NCBI RefSeq assembly: GCF_000143415.4
Contig: NW_003314300.1
Location: 956,181-1,020,180, forward strand
Length of the DNA stretch: 64,000 nt
From: Selaginella moellendorffii
Lineage: Eukaryota; Plantae; Lycopodiophyta
Reading direction: 5' to 3'
Position numbers and translations under genes: made by a program. Position 1 is the first letter of the stretch. Every line of letters begins with the position of its first letter. This document shows positions 22,149-34,140 of this stretch, piece by piece. The notes beneath the pieces are model-generated. The model did not search any database, was not told where the DNA came from, and worked only from the letters and a program-made list of their open reading frames with translations.

Positions 22149-24334
22149 CAAGTGTTGGCTCCATCTTTCGTTCCACTCTGTTACTTTTGGCTCACTTATT
22201 CAAAAGTTTAGATTCCGCTCTATAATTATCTTATAATAAATCACTATATAATAAAGGGTGAAACCACGTGTGCTAGAAGGTATGAAACACCTCTATTGGA
22301 TAACTTGTCAAGGGGCTCTGATCTTTGTTCCAACCATATCTTAGCCTCATAAGCATTCCAAAACCATTTGCACCTATCATCAATAAGAAAGCCTTTAACC
22401 TAGCTAATCCAAAAAAATAAAAGACAATTGATCTTGTAAAAAATGGAGCAATGGCTTACTTGCTTTTATATGATCTACTAATTTTAAAATAGATCAATTT
22501 GCCTGCCATACCACACTGAATACAAAAGATAATTTTGCCCCATTTTCTACCACAAGCAACACAAACCTTATACCCAAGTTATCCAATGTTTGTAACAATC
22601 TCTTTTAAATCCAAACTCACATCTATAGACATATTGTAATTGTAGGCTTCTGAAGTCTATTTGCTTGCTTTAGATACCATGATCAAGGCTTGGACTTTCT
22701 ATACATAAATTTTATAGTTTTATAAGAGTGACTTAAGTAATTGCCCTATAAAACTAAAGCTCTATAAGCAAAAGAATCAATCTCTCACAATGCATCTTTC
22801 ATAGTCCATATCCATTTGCATAAAAAAGACTAAAGCAAAACAAATGTTGCTAGCAAAATATTATAAATTTCAGAGTATATATTTTTCATATGTAATACTA
22901 TTCATTGCCTAGCATAAGCTTCTTAGTTGGCAAAGTTTATTTGATCCATATATTATCAATAATCTCTTACTAGATCTCTAGGGTAGCATTTGAATCCACA
23001 CAGCTTTTCTACCACTAATTGTGATGTTCAGGCTCTGCATATAGCAAATATTAAGTTTGGAGGAAATGCCTTTAAAACTATAAAACACATCATGATATCC
23101 TCACAACCTACATTGTCACCATTTGCAACATCTCACTATTGTCCATTCCAAGCAACTTGCATATAAGGGGCAAACTTTGCCCCAATATCCTTCCAAATCA
23201 AAGTTGTAAGATGACTATGAATGATCTGATGACTTTTACAATCAATTATATGTTCACATCCTGATAAATTACAAATTAGATATTGAGTTTGAGCTGGAGC
23301 AAGTAAACTAAAGATTATGAGTTTAGCCAAGAGTTAAAAGCATATATATGCTCGGGACTCTTTCTCCTGCCATGAAGTGCTGATATTAAGCTTAAGAACT
23401 ATGTCATAGAAGCTCAACTTGAGGCAGCAAGTAGAAAACACAATGTGGTTATTCATGGAGGCAATTGGCAAAAGAAAGTGCAATAATAACATGCCCAGCT
23501 TGCTTAAGACTGGACAATATTTTAGCTAGAGCTAACAATCTTGTTTACTGTCCCACTACCAAGAAATTCCCAGTTCAAACATTGACCTTAAGCTCATATG
23601 GAGATTGACATGTACCTTTGGAATCTGATCACCAACTTTGTTTAGCACTCTTCACAAGCCAACACCTTAATGCATTTTTGTGTGGTCAAAATTTAAATTT
23701 TAATTCACAACTTTGTTTGCAAATCCATGGAGCACCATCAATCTTGCATGAATCCCCATGCCTAAATCAAGAACTTTAACCTTCAGTCCAAGCCATCGAG
23801 AATTGAGGGAGTGGCCCTATTTAGTGGGAGTGGAATTAAGATTGAGGAAGCAAAAAGTGCCATTTTGACTCTTGCCCAAATGTGCATGTCACATGTGTCA
23901 AATTTCTCACAACACAACAATCATTGGCCAAAACAAAACCTTATCAAAATATTTTAATAAGACATGGTTAAAGAAATAACTTTTTGACAAAGTACCCCTC
24001 CATCCAATGGCTGCCATTTAGATGTAATGGCCTGAAAAGTTGGGCAACTCATCTCTCTTTAGTGCCAGGTATAAGAAGTATTTATTAGTTAAACTAACTA
24101 TAATTTCCACATACTAATTATTGCCAACATTTTTGGTTTGCTTAAGCATAAGGGGAGTGAGTGGATATACATAAATAATTTATAAATTTTTCTTAGTATA
24201 TTCTTGTTTATTCTACCATCAAATGGAATTAATCTTTTTTTATAAATTATAAACATGTTTATAATTATAAACTTCAATTTGATTAATTATATTAATAAAT
24301 ACAAATTATTAAAATAAAAATTTATTATTAAAAT

Positions 24335-25405
24335 CTATATTTCATATTGTACGAGAAACTTTTTAAAAGAAATAAGGCATTGTATGATAAAACGTCTAGA
24401 ATCCTTAACAAACAATGCATCTGAAGGGTCGGCACAGAGAAACTTTTTGGAACGGAATTTCTTCACCTTAGTGATAAATGTAGGCCTTTTACCTTCTTTG
24501 ACGCAATCAGCCAAAGTTTTTCTCATGCTGATGAGATAAAACCAAGGAAGAGTTCCCACAAAAACGATTCCAGGAAATACAATACCTTCCAGTGGTACAT
24601 GTAGGTCATAGAGCTCATGTAGCCTTTCATTATCTTGTATTGCAGCTATGGATTCTGCCATGAGTTGAGCTTCAGGATTATCTTGAAGATGATCAGAGGT
24701 TATGTCTTCATCAGAGGTTTTGTCTTCAGTAGCTACCATGATCTTTACCATGGTCACTTCATCTTCCACACACAAATCTGAACTTACTTCCTTTTGGCCG
24801 TCTAACATCTGCAGTGGAATGGTGACCCTAGTCCTTATAGAGGAACCATTCCTGTCATAATCTAAGAACTCCAACAACCTCTTACCCACATCGATGGCAC
24901 AAGACTCACGTCTCCGGTGAGCTCTATTGGCAGAGATGATGTCCTTCACAAGTAATTCTACAACACGAGACCTAAATGAGATCTCTGCACTAGATGAGCT
25001 CAAGTAAACGTCTATAAGATCCAGATCTAAAAACTCTTGAACCTGCAAAGACAGTGCATGGTGGTTCACCAAAGAATTCCTCGAAGGACCTAACTTGCGT
25101 GATCTCGAATTTAAAGAAACCCAATTCCCTGTCGACCCAAGAAGATCCCACTTCCCTGTGAGCCCGAGAAGATCCCACTTCCCTGTCAGCCCGAGAAGTT
25201 CCCACTTCCTTGCCATAGGGTTCCTTTCAGACTCTTTCCTCTTCCTCTTTGCCATAGGGTTCTTTGCCATAGGGTTCCTTTCAGGGTTGACACGTTTTAT
25301 ACGTGGCAAGGGCAATTTCTTTTTTAGGCACAAAATCTGCACTCCTTTTGCGGAGGTGGTGTTTCGCCTGAGTCTGTCAATCGAGGGGAACTGAACCCCC
25401 TTCAA
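24335..25405 (-). CDS. Nuclease-like gene copy 3; core domain open, N-terminal segment read out of frame between two compensating frameshifts
   Basis: The core VQEFLDLD..ESCAID..SSDLCV..TEDK..PEAQLMAESIAAIQ..PGIVFVGTLPWFY is uninterrupted. The homologous GSSWVDRELGFFKF..FFGEPPC segment lies in another frame (ORF 24990-25205). Confidence 0.6.
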   Translation of the reverse strand: MKGVQFPSIDRLRRNTTSAKGVQILCLKKKLPLPRIKRVNPERNPMAKNPMAKRKRKESERNPMARKWELLGLTGKWDLLGLTGKWDLLGSTGNWVSLNSRSRKLGPSRNSLVNHHALSLQVQEFLDLDLIDVYLSSSSAEISFRSRVVELLVKDIISANRAHRRRESCAIDVGKRLLEFLDYDRNGSSIRTRVTIPLQMLDGQKEVSSDLCVEDEVTMVKIMVATEDKTSDEDITSDHLQDNPEAQLMAESIAAIQDNERLHELYDLHVPLEGIVFPGIVFVGTLPWFYLISMRKTLADCVKEGKRPTFITKVKKFRSKKFLCADPSDALFVKDSRRFIIQCLISFKKFLVQYEI

Positions 25406-25554
25406 TGCTGCAGCTTTACGTCCCAGCGAGGGATTCTCAATCGAATGCCGTGTGAAATATTCTCACCTGGCACTTGCCCACTCAGGGCAACTGTAGCGCT
25501 TGTTTGGCGGAAAACCAACTCAGAAATCTCTTAGCACTCTCAGGCTGGCAAAGT

Positions 25555-26520
25555 TTCGTTAATGCAGAACATTTGATGTGGTTCCACAATGATAAAAGTT
25601 TTTAGAACACTCTTCACGGATGACTCCCTTTTCTATGATCATGCAAAAGTATCCAGCTTGGGATGGTGTCTTCTATAAATCTTCTCTTTTGAGTGTTTTC
25701 TAAGTACATAAACTCAGGTTTATGTGAGACCGCGACAATTTGTACCAAGCTTCTTGGTCGAGAAAAGCAGTGGAAGGCTGTGATTGATCATCCGCAGGCG
25801 TAGCAATGGATTTGAAACGAAAAGCAAGCTGGAAAGTAAAACCAAGCTTCGGAAGGGACACAAGCGATCCGGAAAGCACTATTTTGCTCATTTTTGCAGA
25901 GGGGACTTGCGTAAACAAGGAGGACATTGTGATGTTCAAGCAGGTTCTTGACTTCGTAGTTTCTCCAGGCAGTTCTTATTTCCTTGCGCTCGATTCTGCA
26001 GATTGCATTCGAACTGGATTTCACTGTCTGCCCCGTTGCTCTCAAAGTAAAACAAGATAATTGTCCACGCTAAGTCTATACTTTTCATCTCGATTGACTT
26101 TAAGCTTTTTTTTTCGTTTAGCTGAGGCTGATGACATCCTGGGTAGTCGTTTGCGATGTCTGGTATGTGGAGCCACAAACAAACGATGCACCAATAGGAT
26201 TCTCGGAGAAGCATGCAAAGAGAACTCTTCTTCGACATAACTTTATATTTATATTCCTTTCAGAGTCTGCGATAGCGAAACGAGCTAAAGTTACGAAAGT
26301 CGCTTTGAAATACTAACGTCCAAGCTCGAAACTCACAGAAGAAGAATAACAACTCAACGTGGTGCCATTGGAAAATGTAAGATTCTTGCTTTGTTTTGTC
26401 GAAGTTTTGCGTGGAAAGCCTGTAGCTTACGCGTTTTTCCTCCACGGGCCAGAGAAACTCCCCTAGATCATGCTAAGAAGATTAAGAACAAAGACAAATC
26501 CATGGAATGATCGACGGGGT
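25555..26520 (+). repeat. Unit X copy in duplication B
   Basis: Collinear with 15545-16480. Confidence 0.85.
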
Positions 26521-27464
26521 ACTTTTTATTGCGTTTTTTTTTTGTTTCGATGAAAGAAGAAAAAATCTCCGCTCCTCTCATGTGCAATAATGGGCCGGCT
26601 TGGACCATTGAAATGGGAGATCATGAGCGCGTATTAAGAGAAGTAGCTCTCCAACTTATAGTGGTGGTGGTCACTGTTCTTCACGCGAGCTTGCGACGTT
26701 TGTGTGTTTGTTCTCGTAGCAGTGGATCGCGACACATGTGTCAAGGACCGTTTGATAATGGGGAATCGAAATGGTGACGGCCTTGTCGTGTTGTCCCATG
26801 GCCACTGTGGCCCAACCTCTTCGTACAACGCGCAAGAATGCCACCGTACGGCCTTGCTAAGCCAACTAAATAACAGGCGCTTGTAAGAAAAAAAAAAATT
26901 TTTGTTCCTGACATGACATGGACGAATCGTAGCTAGTTATTGTTTTCTTTTGTGGCCTGCAAGGTCAGTGGATGCCAGCCGGTGCTTGCCACGTGGCCGC
27001 TATGTCCACGTCATGCGGCCCGCCCGGCATTATGGCTTCCCTGGTTTGCAAGGCAATCTAGTTCGCTGGAATGTGACGCGCTAGTCCTGTCACCAAAAAG
27101 TAAGAGTCTGGGATGCATATTCCGTCTGCCAGGTGGCAAGCAGCGTCAATTCTGCCGTGTGCTAACCATGGCGGCTGGCTGCATGAGAGGGAAATCAAGC
27201 CGGCTTTGCTGAGGAGCTCTTCGTCGCCACTAGGGCTAGAGGCGACTAGAGATAGGGCGACGATCGATTCCTCCCCTTTCCACGCATAGATGGATCGATC
27301 GGGCGCTCTGGTAGGTATCACGCGGATCTGATCTAGGCTAGATCGTACATTTGCGGGGAAGGGACAGGGATTGCGATCGATCGATCGTTCTGTGACCGAA
27401 ATATCGCGGCTAGAACAGGCTATTTGCAGGGTCGCAAAGAAATTCTAGCACAGGGGCAGCAAGA

Positions 27465-28258
27465 ATGTCTGCGCCAGCGCCGAGTCCTCCAGCCGGGGGA
27501 GGAGGAGGAGCTCCACCGCCGGCTGTTCCATCGGCTCCAGCTCCAGTGCCGCCAGCCTCACCTCCTCCTCCAGTAGCTCCCGTTGTTCCTTCCTCTCCGC
27601 CTCCTACTACTGGTCCTCCAGTCGTTTTACCACAGCCTGTGGTTCCATCTCCTCCTCCTCCTCCTGTTCTTCCTGGCACACCTCCTGCTCCTCCGGCCTC
27701 TCCTCCGCCGGCTATAGTCAATCCTCCGCAAAATCCAGCTCCAGGCACTCCATCCGCGCCAACACCGCCCATTCCATCAACGCCAACGCCTCCTTCTCGA
27801 GGATCTCCTCCGAGAACACCAAGTACTGGCAATGGTGGTGGAAACCCAGCGACTAGCGATAGCGGCGGCGGCGGCGGCAATAGCCCGATTACCACTGGCG
27901 CGATTGTGGGGATTGCCGCGGCCGGGATTTTGATCTTGATCGTGCTCGCGCTGGTGGTTTGCTGCCTCCGAAGGAAGCCCAAGAGGAAGTATAGACGAGA
28001 TGACCACGAGTATGGATCCGGGCAATACAAAGCTGGTAAAGTTTCTTCCTCTCTCTTTTGCTTGCGTGCTTTTCTTCATCTTTGTTTTTCAAGCTATCTC
28101 TTTTTGCATGAGTGCTTTTCTTCTTGATAATGTTCCACTCGGCTTTTGCGAGCTTTAGGGAATGCAGGCGACATGTTCTAAAAGTTTTCTTGCGTGTTCC
28201 AGAGATGTATGAAGCTGGCAGGAGACCAAGACCAGATCATTATGGCCACAAGCCTCCT

Positions 28259-28289
<31 letters not shown>

Positions 28290-29991
28290 CTCACAAGCAT
28301 TACGCGTATGGCTCTCCAGTTCCGCCACCACCTCCGCCACCTCCGCCGCCACCACCGCACTATAGCAGCTCGGGAAGCCAGGATTCCTGGAGGCCAGTTC
28401 CGCCACCACCACCACCGCCCGGTATGAGCCCGGGCATGGGTAGCTCCAGGTCGTGGTTCACGTACGAGGAACTTGAGGCAGCGACTGCTGGATTCTCCAG
28501 GGCCAATCTTCTCGGCGAGGGTGGTTTTGGCTGTGTATACAAGGGATTTTTACCTGGTGGACAGGTTGTGGCTGTGAAGCAGCTTAAAGTTGGAAGCGGC
28601 CAAGGAGAGCGTGAGTTTCGAGCCGAGGTTGAGATTATCAGCAGAGTTCATCACAGGCATCTAGTGTCGCTGGTTGGATACTGCATTGCTGATGCTCAGA
28701 GGCTGCTGGTTTACGATTTCGTGCCAAATGGAACGCTGGAGCATCACCTGCACGGTACAAGTTTTTGTCCGTGTTTTTCCTTGTTCTCAGTCTCGTTTTC
28801 TCTCTTGTTTCTATCAGGTAAAGGTAGACCCGTGATGGATTGGCCAACGAGATTGAAAATAGCTTCTGGTTCTGCTCGTGGACTAGCATATCTTCATGAA
28901 GACTGTAAGATTTCTATCTCTCCGTTGGAACTTAATCTAAAAGTCATTCGTTCTTGCAGGCCATCCTCGAATCATTCATCGGGACATAAAGTCGTCTAAC
29001 ATTCTTTTGGATAATAATTTTGACGCTCAGGTTTGTTGTTACATATTTGCTCACTTGCTTTCAATTGTAACGCTTGTCCATTACAGGTCTCTGACTTTGG
29101 GCTTGCGAAGCTCGCTTCTGACACTTACACACATGTCACTACTCGAGTTATGGGAACCTTCGGGTAAGGACATTACCAACCAAATATATCATTTTCCCAT
29201 ATGAATTTTTCAAACTTCCAGATACCTTGCGCCTGAGTACGCCTCTACAGGAAAACTGACGGAGAAGTCAGACGTGTACTCCTTTGGAGTCGTCCTACTG
29301 GAACTTATAACGGGAAGGAGGCCTGTAGATACCACGCAACGTGTGGGAGACGAAAGCTTGGTCGAATGGGTGAGTCTTTGCAAAAGCTCATCCCTGGACT
29401 TTCTAAAACTTATTGCCTCTTTCAGGCACGACCATACCTCACGCAGGCTATCGAGAATGGCGACCTCGACGGCATAGTCGACGAAAGACTAGCAAACTAC
29501 AACGAGAACGAGATGCTACGAATGGTCGAGGCGGCTGCAGCCTGCGTTCGACACTCAGCCAGCAAACGCCCAAGGATGGCACAGGTTTGTTTGCCTCTTT
29601 GTTTTCTCGAGCAACTACTAAACTCCTCGCATTCTTCTTTCAGGTTGTCCGCGCTCTAGAAAGCGATGGAGCAATCTCCGACCTCAACCAAGGAGTAAAG
29701 CCAGGCCACAGCTCGAACTTCACGAGCGCGGACTACGATAGCAACCAGTACGCCTCGGACATGAAAAGGTTCCGAAAGGCGGTGTTTGGAAGCCAAGAAC
29801 ACGGGAGCTCCGAGCACAGTGGCCCGCCGACGAGCGAGTATGGGATGAATCCCTCGGTGTCGAGCAGCGAAGGGATGAGCAGCATGGAGATGGAGAGGCG
29901 GCGGGCCGGGTTGCTCAGGAGCTCGGACACGACGAGCTCCAGCGAGATTAATGCCAACACCAACACCAATGATCGTCTCAATGGCCGGTAA
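27465..29991 (+). CDS. PERK: PERK-family proline-rich receptor-like kinase, copy B (likely ancestral form)
   Basis: Typical S/A/P-rich ectodomain, TM, complete kinase motifs ([23 protein letters not shown]); same intron positions as copy A. Confidence 0.95.
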
Positions 29992-30118
29992 AGTTTCGAA
30001 AGGAAAGATCACAGGGAAGAAGAAAAGATTTTTCTACAAGAACTTTTTGATCATACGACGTTGTCTCGTTTGTACAATATATTTTATCGACCTTGGAGAA
30101 TTTTTAGGGTTCTTGGGA

Positions 30119-31070
30119 ATGGCTGTTTGGCTTCCTGTTCCTCCGCGATGGCCGGGCTTGCGCGCCTCGGTTCTTTGCAAGGCCGGGGAGAAGAAAGCGC
30201 CCGCGCGGCTCGTCCAGAAGCAGCAGATGATCTCCAGCCGGGAGGAGGCGGCGGCCGAGGCGGATTATGGCAATCAGCCCATCCCTCGGCTCTCGATCGG
30301 TGAGATTCTTGGATCTGGGAAGGGATTTCGGCTGAGGTTTTCGTTCTAGATCATGTGACTGTGAGCTTTGCGAGGAGTGGAGGTGCTGGCGGCCAAAATG
30401 TGAACAAAGGTGTGATTTTTTCGGTGTTTGGGACTTTGGTGATTGGAATCTCTTCTTTGACAGTGAACACGAAAGTGGACATGCGATTCAATGTGATGAA
30501 CGCACACTGGCTTCCTCTCCAAGTGAGGAACAAGCTGCTTCAAACGGTTTGTCACGATCTTTGAAATGTGAGGCTGTCTAGTAGTTTGGAATGAGTTTTT
30601 CTATACTAATTCCATTCCGTTTCGTGAACAGGAGAAGAACCGGATCAACAGCGACGGTGAATTGGTCATTTCTTCGACAAGAACAAGGACACAAAAGTAA
30701 ACGGAATGTCACAAGAGAGAAAATACTCACCTTTTCTTCTTCAATTTCTTGCCAGGGGAAACATCGATGATGCTCTAGCTAAATTGCAGGCAGGTTTTCA
30801 TCGCGCTTTGTTTCTTCGGTAGCTAACGTTTGTTTCTTCTCTTTGTTTACCAGGAATTAGTTGATGCTGCAGCTTATGTGCCACCGCCTCCATCTCAGGA
30901 GACCAAGCAACGAATTGCAAGGCTGTGAGTTATCTTATTTCTTGCGAGTCTTTCCCAGAGTTTAAACTTGGAGTTTTAGTGCTGCTGCCGAAGACATGAA
31001 GAGACTCCAGTCCAAGAAACTGTCTGCTCTCAAGAAATCGGCGAGGAGAGACAAAGGAAGCTGGGACTGA
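30119..31070 (+). CDS. ICT1/ArfB(YaeJ)-like organellar peptidyl-tRNA hydrolase (RF-1 domain)
   Basis: Transit-like N-terminus; FARSGGAGGQNVNKVNTKV; RTRTQ..NIDDALAKLQ; basic tail KKLSALKKSARRDKGSWD*. Confidence 0.92.
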
Positions 31071-31126
31071 TACGAGGTAAATTTACAAGTTGTATTTCGC
31101 ATGAAGCCTAACCGAAGCTCTCCTAG

Positions 31127-32247
31127 TCAACTCGGAACTTCATCTTGCTCGGAGGAGTCATCGATAAAATGACGATTTACAAGCTGAGAGACCTTGGAAT
31201 GTGAACAGTGGCTCTTCTTAAACAACTCTCGCAGCTTGTCATCACATATGACATTGTGGTTACCTGGTTCCTGGATCGAGAAAACGCAAACGCAACTTTT
31301 AGAGCTCTAAAACTCCCGAGAAGAAACTTGCTTTTACCTGGAGATCCTTGTCAAGGATGTACTCCCACACTCTGTCCACCGCCTCGGCTCGAGACATCGT
31401 CGTTCTATCAGTGCCGAGGAAGGATTGGAGAGCCTCGGAGATTGGATATGGAGTGAGGAAATTGGAACGCCTTGGACGATCATCAGATCGATCGAGTTTC
31501 TTCTTCTTGGGCATGTCAATGTCCTCGTAGCCTACAAGCAAGCACACGCTAAGATCAAAGAAACAAAACAATCAAGAGAAACTCACCCTCTTCTAGCGGT
31601 AGCAAGTGATCTTGGAGAACTTTGTTAATGGTAAACATGTTGATCGAATCCACCTTGAAAATGTCGACGAGCTTGTTTCCGGCGCACAGGATCATCTTCC
31701 TGTCGCTTGGATCTTGGAGATTGTTCTCTCGGATGTAGCGCCACAAGCATTGCACAGCCTAATCCTCGAAAAGAAGAACAAGGAAAAGAATTTCTAGCTT
31801 TCATTCAACTAGAGCTTACTTCGTGTCTCCTGAGAATGTGATGCCCAGTGACCGCTCGAAGCTCCGGAGAGAGGCGAAAGGCCTTGAGGAAGCTATTGTT
31901 TCCAGGCGTCCCAGCTCTATCCGTCCCAGCAAGAGATCAATCGCAAGGAATGCCAAACGAGGAGGAAGAACTTACTGGCTCCTGCGATTGCTCTGGAGGG
32001 TGTCCTGGATCTTCTCATCTAGCGCCCGCTTGCTCTCGTCCAGCCGGATCTTCTTCTTGAAATACAGCTTGGCGAGCCGCGCTACTTCCTTGGGCTTGAC
32101 CTTCCCGGCGCCAAATTCCTTCTCCAGAGCCTTGCGGATGGCCTTGGTCGTCACAAAGGCCGGATCGCCGCCGAAAATCGCAGCTTTCACGCGCCTGCGC
32201 AGCTGTGAGTTGGTTGGAACATCCTTGCTCAAGGGAGGACGACCCAT
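31127..32247 (-). CDS. DEK-C plus double SWIB/MDM2 domain protein (UAF30/spp27-like)
   Basis: VTTKAIRKALEKEFG; LSPELRAVTG..LWRYIRENNLQDPSDRKMILC; ISEALQSFLG..VWEYILDKDLQ..VICDDKLRELF. Confidence 0.88.
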
Positions 32248-32722
32248 GAAAGCCCTAAACCCAAGAGAATATTCAGAAGCAAGATCAGAATATACTCCAC
32301 AAAAGAATATTCAAACTAATAACAGAATATCCTACTAACCCCAAAAAGTTTTCACTTCAACAAAGGTAAAACATAAAAAACGTAAAATGTTTTTCGTTTT
32401 TTCCAATCCTTTTTTGATTTTTTTTTATAAGAAGTGTTTTTCCTTTTTCTTTTTTAACTTTTTGGTGTGGCTGCTTATAAAATTAAGCGCCACAAACGCT
32501 TTTTTTTCGTATCAGATTTTTCTCTTTTCGTAACGTATCACCACCACGGGGAAATAATCGCGCGGAGGGCCTATTGCGAGCTAAATAGGAGGTAGTATAC
32601 ACTCTGCTTCTACATCTAGCTGCAGAAACAAGGAAAGAAAAAGGATCAAGAAAAAAAACAAAAAAAAAAACCACCAAGAATAAGTTAATAGCAAACGAGC
32701 AAGCAACTCAACTGACTCTTTT

Positions 32723-34012
32723 TCAGCAAGCCAGCGTTGCCGTCTCCCATGGCTTTGGCGTCGGGGCCTGCGATCGTTGCCATGGAGAGGGAGAAGCTTT
32801 GAGCTGCTGCTGCTCGTCTCGCTTCGCAGTCGCGGCGGTGGCGGTGGCGATGGTGGAGGATCCGTGACTGCTCGGCTTCGCCTTTTTCACAGAAGAAGGC
32901 GTCGGCGGCCTGCGCTTGAGCGAATCCACTCTCTCGAGCTTTCGCTTTGCCGGCTGCTGGTGCTGCTGCGGCTGCTGGTGCTGCTTCTTTCTGTCCAGCT
33001 TCGATCTCATCTCGGTGCACGCCTCGTGCGAGATCGGCAGCTCCGCCGGCGCGCAAGCCAGAGGCTCCGTCCACAGGTAGTCCGACAGCAGCGCCTGCTC
33101 GGCCGTGATCCGCTTCTCGGGGTTGAGCGTCAGCATCTGCTCGAGCAGATCCAGCGCTCTCGGGTCCACGTTGTTGAACGCCTTGCGCAGCCGCCGCGGC
33201 TTCTTCCCGTTCTCGGCCACGAACTTCGCGTAAACCGGCGACTTGGACACCCCCGGCCAGCTCGTCTCGTCCGGAGTGCCGCACATCTTGAAGATCCAGG
33301 ACAGCTGCTGCTTCTCGTCCTTGCCCGGGAGGATCGACTGGCAGACGAGCAGCTCCGCGAAGACGCAGCCCAGCGACCACATATCCACGGCGGGGCCGTA
33401 GGACGAGAACCCAAGGAGGAGCTCCGGCGGCCGGTTCCAAAGCGTCACTACTCCACAGTGGAGCGGCCGGGGCGTCTCGGGGATGGGCGTGGACATGCCA
33501 AAGTCGGCGAGCTTGAGCACCCCTTTGCCGCTCACCAGGAGATTGGCCGACTTGATGTCCCTGTGCATCACTCCATTGAGATGGCAGTAGTGGAGGCCCT
33601 CGAGGATCTGCTTGAGGTAGCACTTGATCTCCGGGGCCGAGAACTTATGCCGGTGGATGAGCCCACAAAGGTCGTGCTTCATATACTCGAAGACAAGGAA
33701 GATGTCGGTGGCCGCGTAGATCACATCCAGGAGCTTGACAACGTGATCGTTGTTGAGCAGCCGGAGGACCTTGATCTCGATGGCAATCGACGCCGGCACA
33801 TCGCGCAGCTCGCCGCCGGCCTCTCTGACCTTTAGCGTCGCCTCTTTGGGGTCGACCCTTAGCCGCTTGATTGCCACGCGCTCGCTGGTCTGCTTGTCCG
33901 TGGCCAGGAACACCTTGCCATACTTCCCGCGGCCGATCGATTCCACTGCCACATACCTCTCAAGCGCTGGGAACTCCTGTGACAAGATTTCGCCCCCTTC
34001 GCTCACTCCCAT
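32723..34012 (-). CDS. Intronless, divergent CDKC/CDK9-like cyclin-dependent kinase
   Basis: GRGKYG, VAIK, PASIAIE, LVFEYMKHDL, HRDIKSANLL, DFG, VVTLWNRPPELLLG, SHE motif, Q-rich tail. Confidence 0.9.
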   Translation of the reverse strand: MGVSEGGEILSQEFPALERYVAVESIGRGKYGKVFLATDKQTSERVAIKRLRVDPKEATLKVREAGGELRDVPASIAIEIKVLRLLNNDHVVKLLDVIYAATDIFLVFEYMKHDLCGLIHRHKFSAPEIKCYLKQILEGLHYCHLNGVMHRDIKSANLLVSGKGVLKLADFGMSTPIPETPRPLHCGVVTLWNRPPELLLGFSSYGPAVDMWSLGCVFAELLVCQSILPGKDEKQQLSWIFKMCGTPDETSWPGVSKSPVYAKFVAENGKKPRRLRKAFNNVDPRALDLLEQMLTLNPEKRITAEQALLSDYLWTEPLACAPAELPISHEACTEMRSKLDRKKQHQQPQQHQQPAKRKLERVDSLKRRPPTPSSVKKAKPSSHGSSTIATATAATAKRDEQQQLKASPSPWQRSQAPTPKPWETATLAC

Positions 34013-34140
34013 AGCCTATCCACAAACCCTAAAGGAATGAGCCTTATAAACCCTAATAGCCAGCCGTGGATCTCTTTTCGTCCCAGCCGTTGGATCCCAG
34101 ATCTTTGTAGGAGAGCGGTTTTCACCTTTTAGGGCTCGAA
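34013..34140. promoter_or_regulatory. 128-bp bidirectional promoter (telo-boxes 34024-34032 and 34048-34056; AGCCGTTGGAT MSA-like element 34085-34095)
   Basis: Divergent ATGs at 34012 and 34141; motifs read directly. Confidence 0.6.

Larger units (their letters stand above)
23983..30841 (+). repeat. Segmental duplication copy B (contains the empty LTR insertion site at ~24320)
   Basis: Collinear with 8866-9221 plus 14221-20716. Confidence 0.92.

Noticed and set aside
22150-23980. Possible MULE or other transposase relic
   Set aside because: Frames are too broken and no diagnostic motif is supportable.
32685-33835. 312-aa and 352-aa ORFs overlapping the CDK
   Set aside because: Shadow ORFs caused by high GC3; no motifs.
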